Notes: generated by a model from the letters alone, not told the origin. Shown: positions 47,074 through 61,293, counted from the first letter of the stretch. The stretch is DNA of 64,000 nt from Trichoplax adhaerens (GCF_000150275.1 NW_002060943.1:9766209-9830208), one strand, 5' to 3'. Program-made: numbers and translations.

Positions 47074-50000
47074 ATGGAATCTTTCACGATCCTTGGACGA
47101 GTTGGAGAGGGTGCTCATGGTGTAGTTTTCAAGGCGAAGCACGTTCAGGTGAGAGGAAAGTTCTAGGAAACTCTGAGTGCGAGTATACAAATAATTACAG
47201 TACTGTAAGTTTCCTCAACGATCTTCTGTCATATTATAATTATTAAAATGTGCATCTTAGACTGTGGTCTAATGCTAAATCTTACCATCAATCTGATTTT
47301 CTCCTGAAAACAATCTAAATCCTATTTTATTTGTTGCTGGGTGTCAGGATGACGGCTTGTTATACATTTCGAATAGAACATTTAATGTCTAAGTTATAGA
47401 GGCGCATATTCCTCCATCTACTGTATACTCACTCACTCGCTGCAGTGATTAACTAAACTTTTAATCAATTGTACAGAGCGGAGAAGTTGTTGCTTTAAAA
47501 AAAATTCATTTAAAGAAAATAGATGATGGTATCCCAAACAACATTTTAAGGTAAGCCTTACACCAATAAATCCCTTTTTGTATTCCTAGAGAGAACTATT
47601 TAAGTTGTATCGCGAGCGAAAGTCTAGGTGGCAAATGATGATACTACAGTGCCACCGTGATGTGTCCACTGCCTAGTTCTGTATACTGTAATTAAGGCCT
47701 AGGTTTCATTAAAGCTGTCTATTTACTGTAAGTCCAACATTCGGGGTGACTTGTATTAAAGATTCGTACTTTTAATGTATAATAGAATGGATAACATAAA
47801 GGGATATATAGCACAGTTAAAATTACGGATTGTTAATTGCAAATTATATTTTATCGTTTGTAGCCTATGAAATGAATATCATTGTGATGTTGAGTTCGAA
47901 TTCTACGATGTTTGACAATTGATGAAGTATAGCAACTGTTGTTTAGCTATAGAAAAATTAATTTTAGTTACTAAATAGGGAAATTAAAACTCTGCAAGCA
48001 ATTACAGAACACGAAAACGTAGGTATTCGTTTTAGCAAACACGTTCGCAATTGTGTAATGCATAGGTATATTGCGTACGTTATATCTTTATATTGAGCAT
48101 AATCTTAGCGGTGGTCAGCTTACAAGTCAATGTTCTATAAAACGACGATTACGGACAGAGTCATCACTGGTAGATTTTATGTTGATGTATAAGTATTTCC
48201 GCTGATGCTGAAATTAAATGTTGTAGCTGTTTCTCTACATTAATGTAGCTAACGCATGTAAGATAGTGTTTTTAGATACAGTAGTACAATAAAATACCTT
48301 TCAACTGATTTCGGTAATACTTATATTAAACACTACTTTATTACAATTTGTTTTATAAAAATTAAAAGTTAGCCATGGATGCATGAAATACTAGACTATT
48401 TAGCCTAATTTCTAAAACGCACTGTACAGATTGTTCGGCTTTTCGATGTTTTCCCGGACGGCAGTAGCCTCGTACTCGCCTTCGAATACATGGTTACAGA
48501 TTTGTCTGAAATACTACGAAGCTCGCAGAATACGTTACCAGAAGTAAGTAGCTAGTTAACCTAATTTTAGATTTAGGATAAAGACCTTTTATATGAGAAT
48601 TTACATTAATTAGAAATTATTGCTTTTTAGCGTTAGACTTTGTTTATAATAGCCTAAACGTTACATTCTGTTCTAAATCAATTAAAGTCTCATGTTAAGA
48701 GCTACATGATCATGCTATTGAGAGGAATCTCATTTTGCCACGAAAATCATATCATTCATCGGGTACGGAAGTGTTACGATACGTAATGCTATTTTTTTAA
48801 ATAAATTGCAGTACGTAAAAAGAGGGAGATTAAAATAATTACGGTATTCTCTTCTCACAGAATTTAGGTATTTCTTGCATGTTATGCATTGGTTATTTTA
48901 ACATAGAAACTAAGTCATGGTATATACAGTAATCGGCATTATTGCTTTTACGTAGGACCTTAAACCGGCCAACTTACTTATTAGTTCTTCTGGTCAATTG
49001 AAGCTTGCTGACTTTGGTCTAGCTAGGGTTATGTCTGTAGAAAATGAAAGGCTCTACAGCCACCAAGTCGCAACGAGGTCAGTGATTTTTAATGTGATAT
49101 TTTAAGCCGAATCAAATTGCACGTAATGTATTGTATGTGACAACGTGCCCGAGTTTGTTTCCCGTTTAATTAAGTCTCTTTGAGGGAATTATAGCGTTGA
49201 AATACTTATTTTGTGCCGGTTTATTTCCCATTTAATGAAATCTCTTTTTAGGGAATAATAGCTTTGAAATATTTAGTTTGTACCAATTAAAACCTATCTT
49301 GCAATTATCACTACAATTTGTTGTAGATGGTATAGGGCACCTGAACTTTTATATGGCAGCAGAACTTATGATGAAGGAGTTGATCTATGGTATTGTCTCA
49401 CTATGTTCTGCAAGATTTTCAATATTTAAGTATTTCTTCTTCCTTTTTGTCTCCATCTTATATACGTTGAATGAGTGCAGGGCAGTAGGATGCATATTTG
49501 CAGAACTCATTAATAAATCCCCATTATTTCCGGTAATCAATAAAATATAATGTGTGCAAGTACTGTCTATAAAGTATATAAAATACTGTATATAGTTGTA
49601 TATGTGTGTGTAATTCGAAGTTAAACTCATATTGCATTTATGCTTAACTTAAAGCTAATTATTCAATTGTAGGGGGATAGTGACATAAAGCAGCTGGGAT
49701 GTGTACTTAGTATATTGGGTACACCAACAACGAGCACTTGGCCGGTATATTTATATCATATTTATTATTTGATTATTTATCAATGTCACTTTATCAGTGA
49801 TTCCGTTTATATTCTGCTATTTAGGGATTAATTGAGCTTCCAGATTATAACAAAATTACATTTTCTGGTTTTCTTCCTATACCATTTGAAAGTATCGTTC
49901 CTGATGCTACTTCAGAAGTAGGAAAAATTAAATAACAAAAAGTTAAACTTTTTTCTGAATGTATTCTCCACCATCAATTGAGAAATCGAATATACTTATC

Positions 50001-50569
50001 AAGGCGCTGAATACTGTAGATTTCAACATTAATATATATCAGATTGGTGTAGCTCTGCTTTAGTTTTACCGCATTGATGCGTTTGCGACTACTTGTTATG
50101 TATTCATCAACGAAAATGGTAAAAGCTAAACTAATAAACTATGATATTCTTTATAATTATCTTAATAGGCGCGGCACTTACTAAAGCAATTCTTGGTATA
50201 CCAAAGTAAAAAGAGGATATCCGCAGCAAAGGTTGTTCAGATGCGCATATTGAGTCTCTACTGTACATAGGAATTAAGTACCAGCTTCTGCACATTGTGA
50301 CATTTTTAGAGTTTATAAGTTATAGCTTTTGTAGAAAAGTGTTATAAATATTTTCGCGTCACGGTTAGGCATTGGTACATCCTTACTTTTTAAAGATGCC
50401 ATTACCTGCTCATCCTTCTGAATTACTTACGCCACATCGATATCAGTCCTTGATTCGAAATCAAAAGTTACTCGGAGCTAATGCTCTAAATCACGGAATT
50501 ATAGAACAGTCTCTATTACCGGCAATCATGATAAATCGATACGAACGGGACCTTATGGAAGAAAGCTAA
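47074..50569 (+). CDS. CDK20: Cyclin-dependent kinase 20 (CCRK), multi-exon
   Basis: [23 protein letters not shown]; cyclin-helix variant [12 protein letters not shown]; [11 protein letters not shown]; DFGLARV; [19 protein letters not shown]; LPDYNKITF; [13 protein letters not shown]. Confidence 0.93.
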
Positions 50570-50767
50570 ATTGTTATTAGGAAAGAGAACAATTCGTATC
50601 TGAACTGTATGACATCCCCGCAAGAGGTCCTGAATATTCATTGGTGATAAATCCAAGATGAAGCAGTATTAGATATGCGTAGGCTAATTATTTTGCTGGT
50701 CAATTTAACCAGGGTTTACTGGAACGGTACACTGCGGACTGTACTGTACTGTATTGCACACAATTGC

Positions 50768-50861
50768 CATCCGAATTAGTTTTCTGGTTGGTTTTTCTAC
50801 GCGTTGGACTGAAAGGCCATTTCCCGCCCCTCTTAAGTAGTCCCTGACTGTACAGTACTGT
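50768..50861 (+). repeat. Internally deleted arm of foldback family B
   Basis: CATCCGAATTAG..TGGTTGGTTTTTCTAC and ACTGAAAGGCC..CCTCTT..TAGTCCCTGACTGTACAGTACTGT match about 24285-24317 and 24422-24481. Confidence 0.6.
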
Positions 50862-51764
50862 GGAGTAGCGAGTGAATGGCTTGAGTTCGGTCTGAACTTC
50901 TTACTGCTTTTATCACTCATTTTGCACATATAATGCGGAAAAACTATGCTGTAATGTTCTATACGTAGCTGTTGCTCTGTAATTCATGTTATGTAAAATC
51001 TTGCTTAACGTCATTTAAAGGATGTTAACACAGCAAAGCTACCTAAGAATAACTAGACGTATAGCTTTCGGAGAATTACGAAAATTAACATGTGCGTTGA
51101 ATTATTTTCTTTCAAGATCCGAGGCTGTGATGATTATGATTGTTACCATGTTGTTATATATGTCTTGATACACAATGTCCTTGTCTATTTATTACTGGTA
51201 AATTTTCCTTCTGGATTATCCGCATTTGCTGTTGATACCATGATACCATACAATGACGACGTACTGTAATCTAGAATACTGAACTCTTAAACTACGAGGC
51301 CCATTCAAAAAGTAATAGGACTGGTTCAATGTCTACGCAATGAAGAATGAATCCATACATTTTTTCAAAATTTCGATTTTATCACTATTCATGAAAACAA
51401 TAAAGAAAATTTTTCCGATATCGGTAACGGTACGGATGTTACGGACTATACCACTATACTGTACAGTACAGTATAAAGACGGTGCCGCATCAGTATTTTC
51501 ATTTCTCGCGAGCCAGGCTACGAACTATTTTAGAGTGTTTGGTCTCCGGTTACAAAATTGATTTGTAACAATAAGTAACATAGCAACAATTTTTAAGTCC
51601 CTTAATTAATATGGACTGACGAAACGGCAATTTAATTGTAAATTGTAAAGTAAAATGTATAATATAACGAGGAAGAGATCGAGTGAGAAAAGTACTGTAC
51701 ATCAAGCCTCGGGACTGACCATAAGTACAGTACAAAGTGTACACTCACTGTCACTGAACATACT

Positions 51765-51856
51765 GTAGATCCTTCAGATTATAACTGGATGTTCAGAATT
51801 TCTATGCTCAAACGATAGTATTTACTTCCTAAGAATTCTGAACGTCAAGTAAAAAA
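51765..51856. repeat. Hairpin element, family C copy 2
   Basis: GTAGATCCTTCAGATTATAACTGGATGTTCAGAATT resembles the reverse complement of 43276-43314. An inverted arm AGAATTCTGAACGTCAAGT lies at 51832. Confidence 0.7.
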
Positions 51857-52177
51857 ACACTAACTGTATAATAGTAGCTGTACTACAGTACTAGAGAGGA
51901 CCTTCACTGTACCATACTGTAGTGTCGGAATCAGAGGTAAAACCTCTAAACGGTACTGTACACTTAACACTATGTACGGTACTGTACTGTACCACTGTAT
52001 CATATTTCGCAGATTTAACAGTACAATACTATTCTATCACAAGGATCGAATCAACGCAGAGACAGTATTGTACATAATGAGGGACGAACTAAAAACAAAC
52101 TACAGTACTGTACTTTACGTCGCAAGCAATAAGAAATTAAAGCAGTGAATTGTCGTAATAGAAGCACGAATGGAAAT

Positions 52178-54747
52178 ATGCAGAATATCTCACCAACTGA
52201 AAATTCAGCGAAGAATGACTTCGCCAATGAATATGGTAAGGCTACTTCGAAAAGTAACGTCGAATGTCAATTATGCAGCCAGGACGTTGCCAGTATCCCC
52301 AACGACTATTTAATGGAACTGGTAAATATTGTCTATCGAAGGTATATGTAAAAGTAGACGTGACAGTAAAAGTGTATAATTAGCGTTGATTGCACTGAAA
52401 TCGTTTCTCCACAAGACTAGCTAATAAAATGTTAAATACGTGTATTTACAGTCTAGTATTTGTGATAATGCAATCATTGTGTTCTTCCTCTGACCCTAGA
52501 ACAAACCTTGATGTGACAAAGGTCGAAGAAATAATAAGGATGACTTTAAACCATATGCAAAATACAATTCCATCATTATCAGGCACTTTACAAGTTATCC
52601 TGAATTCATCTTCTTACGTAAGCGGGACCTTCATATTACTATTACGATAATGTTATTTTGCAATAATGTGTACGATCAGTTAATACTGTAATTATACTCG
52701 TATTCATGCATAAAATCGACTAGTAATCAGTTACTTGTACAAGAACATTTCCCCTATCAAGATTAAACTCTTTCTCAAAGATATGACCGATTGACTATTA
52801 CCTTAAATTTTTCATGTGTCCTAATTAGCTACGGTGTACCATTTTAAACATTACCATTGAGAGTCGTGTGCAGTATGCATCTGAATGCATATTTTTTACA
52901 GCTCTTAGCTTACTGTTAGCACTGTTCAAAGATTTTAGCTTCGTATGTTGGCATTCTTTGACTAGGCAAATACTAAAACCGGCTCTTCTAAGGCTTATGA
53001 TAGTGCTCTATCTGGGACTTTAACAAAATTAAAATTTCATTTGAGTCATCAAGCTAAGAATGACATGAAAAAAGAGGATAACGATGTTATTCATGATCTG
53101 TTAGAAGAGTTACTTGACAGTTTGGTGAGTTTTGATCTCCTTTACAAATTACTCAAAATTTGTTTTAATTTGATACAGGTTGTCTGCCATTGCCCGCAGT
53201 CTATATTATTATAAAATTCCCCTAGCTCCAGATAAAGCTATTCTTTCAGACAAACTATCGGTTTTGTGTACTTTATGAATCTGAAACAGTTGAATAGCTG
53301 AATAATGTATATTGTTGTTTAGAATGTTGAAGATCCTGATGGATATCATCACTTAATCCAACAAGATGACTATCATATTATTCAAATTTTAGTTTCTTGC
53401 TTTCAGCTGGTAGGAATTTTTATTTTTTACTTCATATGCAATTTTACGCTAACAGAATTACCGTGTTTTATCTGTATTGTGTTACTAATATTTTCTATAG
53501 AACTACGCACCATCTTTGAAGCTGCTATTAGCCCAAATCTTTGGCGTAATTTGTTATACTATGAGAGATTCAACAACAATTTTACTACACAGTGTTCTAC
53601 CGACAGAGCTGGGTCAGTTGATGCGTACCGAACTAATAAAAGATAGACCGAATATACAATTGCTTTCTTACTATTCCCTGCTATCCTCAATACTATTTGC
53701 TTCTGAAGAGTCGCTGCCAAGTTTTATCTACGGTAAATTTTATGAATGGTTATTTTTGTAACAAGGCTACAGTTCTGAACTTAGTTACAGCATATGTTAA
53801 CAATCGGTGAAATATTCACTTTATCTTGAAATAGATGAATGGAATGCAGAACTAATAGAAATTTTATTGGAAAAGATCGAACGACCTCCTACAAATGATG
53901 ATAGCGTACAACTGCCTCCATTATTTTTAAAAACCATTTTATCTTTCAATTTGCATATGAAAGGTTATAGATTTTGAATGCTTAATTAATTTTACAATAC
54001 TAGCCATACATTTTATCTGCATTGATTGTACTGTAAAAGTAAAAACGTAGATTTGTTTATTGACAACCTGGAATATTTCACGATCTGGTATATACTTTTA
54101 AAATAGATTCCATACGAAATCCAGTTATAACTGCTTTACAAAATGGAATTACACAAGAATTCTGTAGCAGTCTGATTCTTTTGTTCAATAGAAATGGTTT
54201 GTTATTTAATCATGCCATACGATGGCTAATGTCGAATACTTGACGATTGCGGTGATAGTAGTTGAATTATGAGCTTCTTTCCAGATGATGCTTGATTTTG
54301 AGTAATCATTGCTTTATTTTTGTGAATAATAGTTGATCCTGTTGGTGTAACAGTATCCAATCAGAATCCTTCTGCTGTGATCAAAATGATGCTAGACATG
54401 TTTTCTAGCGAGGCAGTTGCTTCTGTCTTTTACACAAATGATGTTAAAGTGATCCTTGATATAATACTCCGAAATCTGACTGATTTACCTAGCGGAGATA
54501 GCGTAAGACTAATCCAGTCGATAAATTTTAATTTACTGAGCTGCATTTAAGTATTTTATCCAATTAGGGTCGATCTTGGAACCTTACTTTACTTAATAGA
54601 GTTGCTGCAATCAATATCACTTCTAATTTTTATCGCTCCGAAGAGTTCATCCCGATTCTAAGTGATTTGTACAAGGAAGAACCATGTTTTGATCGCGAAC
54701 ACATCGAAAAGCTCTGGCTGGATTTTCCTTCTTATTTTAGAAATTGA
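52178..54747 (+). CDS. NCKIPSD: NCKIPSD/SPIN90/Dip1-like Arp2/3 activator (DUF2013 armadillo-type C-terminal domain), multi-exon
   Basis: TILLHSVLPTELGQLM; ILSFNLH; LILLFNRNVDPV; VIKMMLDMFS...VFYTNDVKVILDIILRNLTDLPSGDS, typical of the WISH/DIP/SPIN90 C-terminus. Canonical GT-AG exons end in TGA at 54747. The start codon is uncertain. Confidence 0.8.
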
Positions 54748-56957
54748 TTGTAATGAGACGGTTATAACTGCAATGTATTTTCAATTTATTTTCTTTTAAT
54801 TAACATACCACGTAGGAAATCGCATCTCTTACTTGATAGTTGTTTCGAAAACGCTTTATCAATTAAGTTAATAATTAATAAGAATACGATTTGAAGTTCG
54901 GTTGTATTTATTCCGTATATTCTCGGATATAGGATTCGAATGTGTGATCAAAGTATTTGATTGAGTAAAATTTTGATGCTAAGATTGTTTGATTTGATTT
55001 GATAGCACGCTATTTTTGTTGAGAAGATGCTGTAATTTGAGAGTAGTATTTATTAGATGTTTACAACGTGTGTACGCAACTCGGACAAGTATGTTTGCTA
55101 CAAGTTTAGCAATTCACGCAAACATATTCCAGTAATTAATTATTTTGGATAGAATCTACTTAATCATAGCCACATTAGTATACAGTTTATACAGTATACA
55201 GTAATCTAGTTATATAAGTTTCTGCCCCTACTTACGGAGTTATATCATTCGCATGTTGTACTTTTGCTTTTCGTATCTCTGTGGTATATGTATACTGCTA
55301 CAAAAAGCTCAAATTCTTGTATATGGTTATCCGTCATTGCATTACTTACTCGGATGGACTATTGGAAGTGAGTTCAGATAAGATGTAATATACGAATCGC
55401 CTACTACGTTAAATTCTTATTAATCTGATCAAAACTACATATGCAGCTAGATTAATTATTGTTACAAATTCATTCGTATATCGATAAAATCATTAGATGG
55501 AGTGATCTTTGATCTAGTGATTGGCACATCAACAGGTAAATAGACGAGCTTACTTTGCTTTAAATTGCAAACACTGCTTACTGTCACCATAGAAGTTATT
55601 GCGTGTTTAACTGCACAAGAGATGTTCCAGCACTGTTTTTTTAAGATTGAGATTAGTTGCTACATTAATTGTAATGCCTATATTTCACGAGGGCCATCGG
55701 AGTGTTTAAATACGTTTCACTGGTTGCTAATCATTCATGGATATATTCTATGCGAAGTCTGGTGTAAGTAAGCAAGTAATCTTACAAAAACTGCGGAACT
55801 ATAGAGTTCATTTTAATTTAATATGAAGAACTGCAGCTCGTACGTACGATAATTATGTACCGAAATGCTCATTCTACGCATACGTTGTATGGATTCATGA
55901 CTGCTGGAAAGATTCAATTCCGTATAACATAGCTTATATGTATGTCTTCCTGCTAAATAATTTGACTTTAGTATTTTAGAAAACTATTAAACTACTGATA
56001 GCTATCTTATTTACTGTATTGACGCTAAATTATCCATAAAAAATCCTTCCACCTCATTGTTAATTTTTGCTATATGCATCGTCATCGTTTCTGTATTAAC
56101 ACTAGCTCATTCCACTTTTTACAATCGTAAACATCTCTGGGTGATAATAAGAAGAGGAGATAGAATTTATCGATCACATATTTCATATTCTGTGTTTTCC
56201 TTGTTCTATATTAATTTTATAGTACTTTACCGATAACAATGTTGGTGTATGTTGTGAATATTCCTGAACTTTATCTTTTACTACAAGAACCTTTAATAAA
56301 CAATTTGTGATTGATATTTCAGTATGAATTAAAATGCTTTCCTATGCGAGCATACCAGCCCGATTTATTGATCAACTTCCTATCAGCCAAGGATATCATT
56401 GCAGCTCATAGATTTATACTAGAAAATCAGAATCTTAGCACATCTATCATATTTCTACCCATGAGCAATGCAAATCATTAATTTAATTCTGACAGAACTT
56501 TAATTTAAAAAATAGATGTTTTTATTTCTTACTGATCTAATTTAGATCTTGGTTGGGTGTGTCTGCGCTTAATCCGAGTCTATATCAATTATTAATTATA
56601 AATATAGCCTTTTGTGAAATGATACAAACCGTTACAGTTCGAGATGTTTTAGGCAATTTTACAACGAAAGATAAAACGTTATGTATCTAAAGGTGAATAA
56701 ATTCAACTAGTTAAAATAAATTTGTAAACTTTACTCTAAGTATCTCTAAATTTAATTTTTAATCATACTTTAGCTTAATCTCAAGAATAAATAATTAAAA
56801 TTCGTTCAATAGAAACGCCAACAGTTACAATTGCAAATACGTTGAAAGAAAAAGCAGCAATGAAATTATTGTGCCAAAGCTTCGATCATATAAAACGTGT
56901 ACGTTACACCGTAAATAAGCGCACATCCTAATTTTCATGCTTGAGATAAAGTTAGAT

Positions 56958-59431
56958 TTAGACTCTCGGTAGTAATGAATGGGTCTGTAAATCCGATGCC
57001 TTTAGTGATTGGATCCTCATATCTTCAATTTCTAGTTTTAAATCTTCCAGTTGCTGAGTTAATATAATTTTTTGATTTATGGTACGAATTAGCAACTGAT
57101 TTAGTACTTTCCTTTCTTTTTCTGCTTCGATTAAATCTTTCTGCATGCTATCCATTTTAGTTATATATTCTTCACATTTAATTGCAAAATCAGCCTTAAC
57201 ATTATGGTATGTTGTGTCCTTGCACTGTAAAGTTTCGAGAGAAGACTTTAATCCTGCATTATCGTTCTTCAGTTTTTGTATTTCCCTTTCGTATTTGCTT
57301 CGTATATGGGATATTTCGCTTTCGGTGGTGGCTTTACTTGTTTTTAGAATTAATTTTAACGTGGCTACTTGTTCGTTTTTGGCATCCAGAAGGGATTTTA
57401 ATTTTTTACATTCATTCGTATTACCTGTTATAGTAATGCACACATTTTGAATCTCTTCTTTCCCATCCTCTTGCTTATTCCGCGTATGGTCAAGTAATAG
57501 ATCAATCTTTAATCTAATATTTCGAACAAGTTCACAACATAGTGCCACTTTTCCTTGGCATTTTTTATTCTCGGATATTAAAACCGTAGATACTTCAGTT
57601 ATTGGGACTTCGGTATTATCACTGCACTTTAATAATTCAAGATTTTTAAATTCATTATCAACTGCATCGAAGATAAGCTCTTGTTGACGAGGGCCAACAG
57701 TTGGTATACTCTTTAACTGATTTATAAATGTCTGACTGGTAGCGTCATTATATCTCAATATTTCGTAAATTTGCCTGCACAGAGCATCTACCTCGTCAGT
57801 TACACATAACAGTTCACATTGAAGATTATCCATAATTTCAAGATTCTTGGTAGAAAATCGGTATAGCTCTTTCACGCTTAGTGATAGCTTATTTATTGTA
57901 GATAGCTTTCTGCCCTCAATGTTTACGTCTTTTACATCTGCCTGGAGATCTATAACGGATGAATTCGTAAAGCAATTTGTGGAAGTATTATGTTTACCGC
58001 CAGAAGATGTCTCAGAGGATACATTTTTAGCAGTTAAAGGATCGACGTCGTGATCGGATGTCCAGTCATTCTCAAGAGTTTCTTTACCACTGAGTTCACC
58101 GTCTTCTCGATCATTATTATCAGCTTTACAGTACTCGCCTCCGGAAACGGAACTCTTACATGAATTGGTACGGTCGATACGTTCCATAGAGCTGCTGAAA
58201 CTCATTGTGGTTGCGTAAGATTCCTCATCACTCATATTAGCATTCTTATTTGTTTGTAGTAATTGCTCAGCCGACCAGCTGATGTTACTTGCGGGTACAT
58301 GCATTTGTTGCACTAGCTGGGTTTGTAATATTTTATTTTGATTGCGCTCTTCGTTTAATACGTTTAAGCATTCCTCTAATTGAGCTGAAAGTCGCTTATT
58401 ATCATCATCAGTAGCCTTCAACTTTTGCAGTGTTCCCTTATAATCTAGTTTAACTTGTATTAGTTCATCTTGTAATTCCTCTACATTAATTTTTAATTTG
58501 TTTACACGAGATAATTGCCGTTGTAAAGCTACGTTTTCTTGTTCTAGTTCACTATTTAAAAACAATAGGCGCTCCTGCTCCTGATTAAGTAATTTAATTT
58601 CTTGTTGTAATTCAACTTTGTTAGCATCTAAGCTTTCAGCTTTGCTAATTAACTCCTTGTTCTGGGAGAGTAAATACTCATTTTCTACCTCAACTCCATG
58701 AGAAAGCTTCTTGTTGTTTTCGATCATTCTCTCAAGATTTTTAATTTCAGTTTGCAGCTCTTGTTCATGTTGCATGAAATCATATTCATGCTCAAATTCA
58801 TAATCAATCAGCCTTTTACCTATTTTAAAACTGTGAAGCTCCTATGATGATAAAAACAACAGGTATGCATTAAAATATCATAGTATGCCTACTTTCAAGG
58901 GATGGGACAGTATAATACAGTTCGTGCTTCTATGTAAATTAAACCAAACTTTAAAATTAATTCTACAAAATTGGGTGCTTTAATGCTTCAGTTTACGATA
59001 GGTTACATAAAGCATCACCCCTGGAAAAATTTTCTAGAGCTATTATGCTTGAAGGCTAGATTACGTTAGTAAGATTTACTGACCATTGACATAACAAGAT
59101 AAATTAAGTTGAATTAACCGTGTTTGCAATTTACAATACTGTATAGTATAAGTAAATTTGTGCAAGTAGTATAATAGAACACACACAATAATTGTCATTA
59201 TACTATAGTTATGCCGAAATAGAACATAACCTGCTTCATGAACTCAAGTTCAGTCTCCATATCCTTGAGATGAGTTCGGAGCCCTTTATTTTCATCTTGT
59301 AGTGACTCTCTCTCGTCAGATATCGATTGATTATATAACTTTGCTTCATCGTAGGCTTGTTTTAGCTTCATTGCCTGATCTTGCCAGTATCGTGTAGTAT
59401 GATGCAACTCTTCCACTATTGGCTCAGCCAT
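56958..59431 (-). CDS. BICD: Bicaudal-D family coiled-coil dynein adaptor, two exons (59231-59431 and 56958-58841)
   Basis: C-terminal CC3 LKSLLDAKNEQVATLKLILKTSK...SKYERE...KCEEYITKMDSMQKDLIEAEKERKVLNQLLIRTINQKIILTQQLEDL matches the BICD1/2 cargo-binding domain. The phase-0 GT-AG intron keeps frame. Confidence 0.85.
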
Positions 59432-59894
59432 AACAGCAATACTATTATAACGATGGTGCTTCACATACAAAAATGTGAAACTGGAAGTGAGATCTAAAAT
59501 ACGTATCACGTAGCTGTAAAATATAGTATACAGGCACGTACAGTATTGTTAATACGCAATACTGTACTTTTTACTTTATCGTCTTTTAATGGTACCGTAG
59601 TAATTTTAAGAAAGTTTAGTAAAAGTACGCGAAACTACTGTATACATGTTATTACTAACGTAATACAATACAGTATATAATTTCTAATTAATTTAGTCAA
59701 CTGGTAAACTCGACATAGTATGGTAGGAATTAAAAATAACGGCTTCGAAGTTCGACGACAGTATCCTAATTAAGAAGCTTATAAATTAAATTTAGTGATT
59801 TTACCTGATTACGCCCTTACACCTCAGCCTTTTAAAGTACAGTAGTAAGTTTTTAAGGGACTTTGTAGTCCCTAAAACAACAGTAACAGTAACT

Positions 59895-60170
59895 ATACAA
59901 CAGTACAGTACGTTTATTACTGATCTGATTTTACTTCGGCACTACAGTACTGTACTGTACTGTACAGTACACAGTGTAACAGTATCTCAGAAGTCCCTGT
60001 TTACTGTAGTACTGTACTGTACACTGTACAGTACTGAATTACAGTACTTTCATGCCAGTACTGTACAGTACTTCATCATAAAACCATACAGTACGGTATT
60101 ATACTGTACTGTACTGTACACTACTACAGTACTGTACTGTACGTGCATCTAGTACAGTACAGTGTACAGT
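59895..60170. repeat. ACAGT/ACTGT pentamer array upstream of BICD
   Basis: Very dense tract about 460-740 bp upstream of the ATG. Confidence 0.9.
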
Positions 60171-60584
60171 ATCATACCATTTTTAATTAGAGATCTTTAC
60201 GATCTGGCCTGTTCTGTATAGCCCATACAGTATACGGTTATTGATCAACGGTGATTGGTAAATCCTAGGATATTACGCAACTACGTAATGAGTTTTACAT
60301 ATAGAACGTTCATAATGCAGCGCACTGCACTGGTCTGCACTACAGTCTGTAAAATCTAAATCTTTACAATTAGAGTTAATTGAAATTAAATTTTTATTTA
60401 TTTCGGTAAAAGTTTTAGTAGTCCTTAATCAACAATAGGATTTTATGGAGCACTGTATACACGATCGAATCATTTTGTTTACTGTTTAGTTTTTACATCT
60501 GTGCGTTCGATCTCGGTCAATTTTTCGCTAGTTATTTCTATGCGTATTAAGTAGTGGAATGATTTTAAGTTATATCCTATATTG

Positions 60585-60960
60585 ATTAATTAATATCTCT
60601 CCTTGCACTTAATACATACGTATATGTTATTAGTCTAGAACTAAGATAACTTTTTTTGCTTTGATTAAGGCGCAAAGAGAGGTACTTAAAAAGGTATTTA
60701 TAATTAACTGTAAATTGAGTAAATACACACAAACTAGAAGCACGGCTTCAGCTAGTTATCTTCTAAACGTTCACTGATATTAATGCAACGAAATTAAGTT
60801 GTATTGCTGCCTTAATTAATTAATATCTCTCTTTGCGCTTAATACGTACAGTATATTAATCAAGAACTTAGAAAATAAATTTTTTTGATTAAGCGCAAAG
60901 AGTGATACCGTAGTTATAATTAACTGTAAATCGTGTAAAATGCACACAAATTAGAAGTGC
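60585..60960. repeat. Tandemly duplicated hairpin unit, 230-bp period
   Basis: 60585-60743 resembles 60815-60960. Copy 2 has a stem 60824-60843 / 60888-60907 (20 bp, one mismatch). Confidence 0.85.
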
Positions 60961-61293
60961 AATACAAATTGAACATTTTAACCCATAGACATTATTATGC
61001 ATGATATATCAAGTACAGTACAATACAGTACATTAGAAATGTAACTTCAAAATTAATCATAGTGGTAATAATTTTAATTAATTAATTAATTTCATGCCAT
61101 GTTTGTCACAACACAAAAATGATTTTATTATATCAACAGTAAGCTATTAAGTAAATCTTCAAGATTGATTCCCTACAATAAAGAAATTTATTACTGTATT
61201 ACAATTGCAATATTAGCATTGGCATTGCAGGATTGACGTTTCATTATTGGTTATGTTATCTACACTTGCTACCATCATAGAATAATTGCTTGT

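Noticed and set aside
47625-47680. Box C-like ATGATGA with a small hairpin in a CDK20 intron
   Set aside because: No box D (CTGA) at a suitable distance, so no support for a C/D snoRNA.
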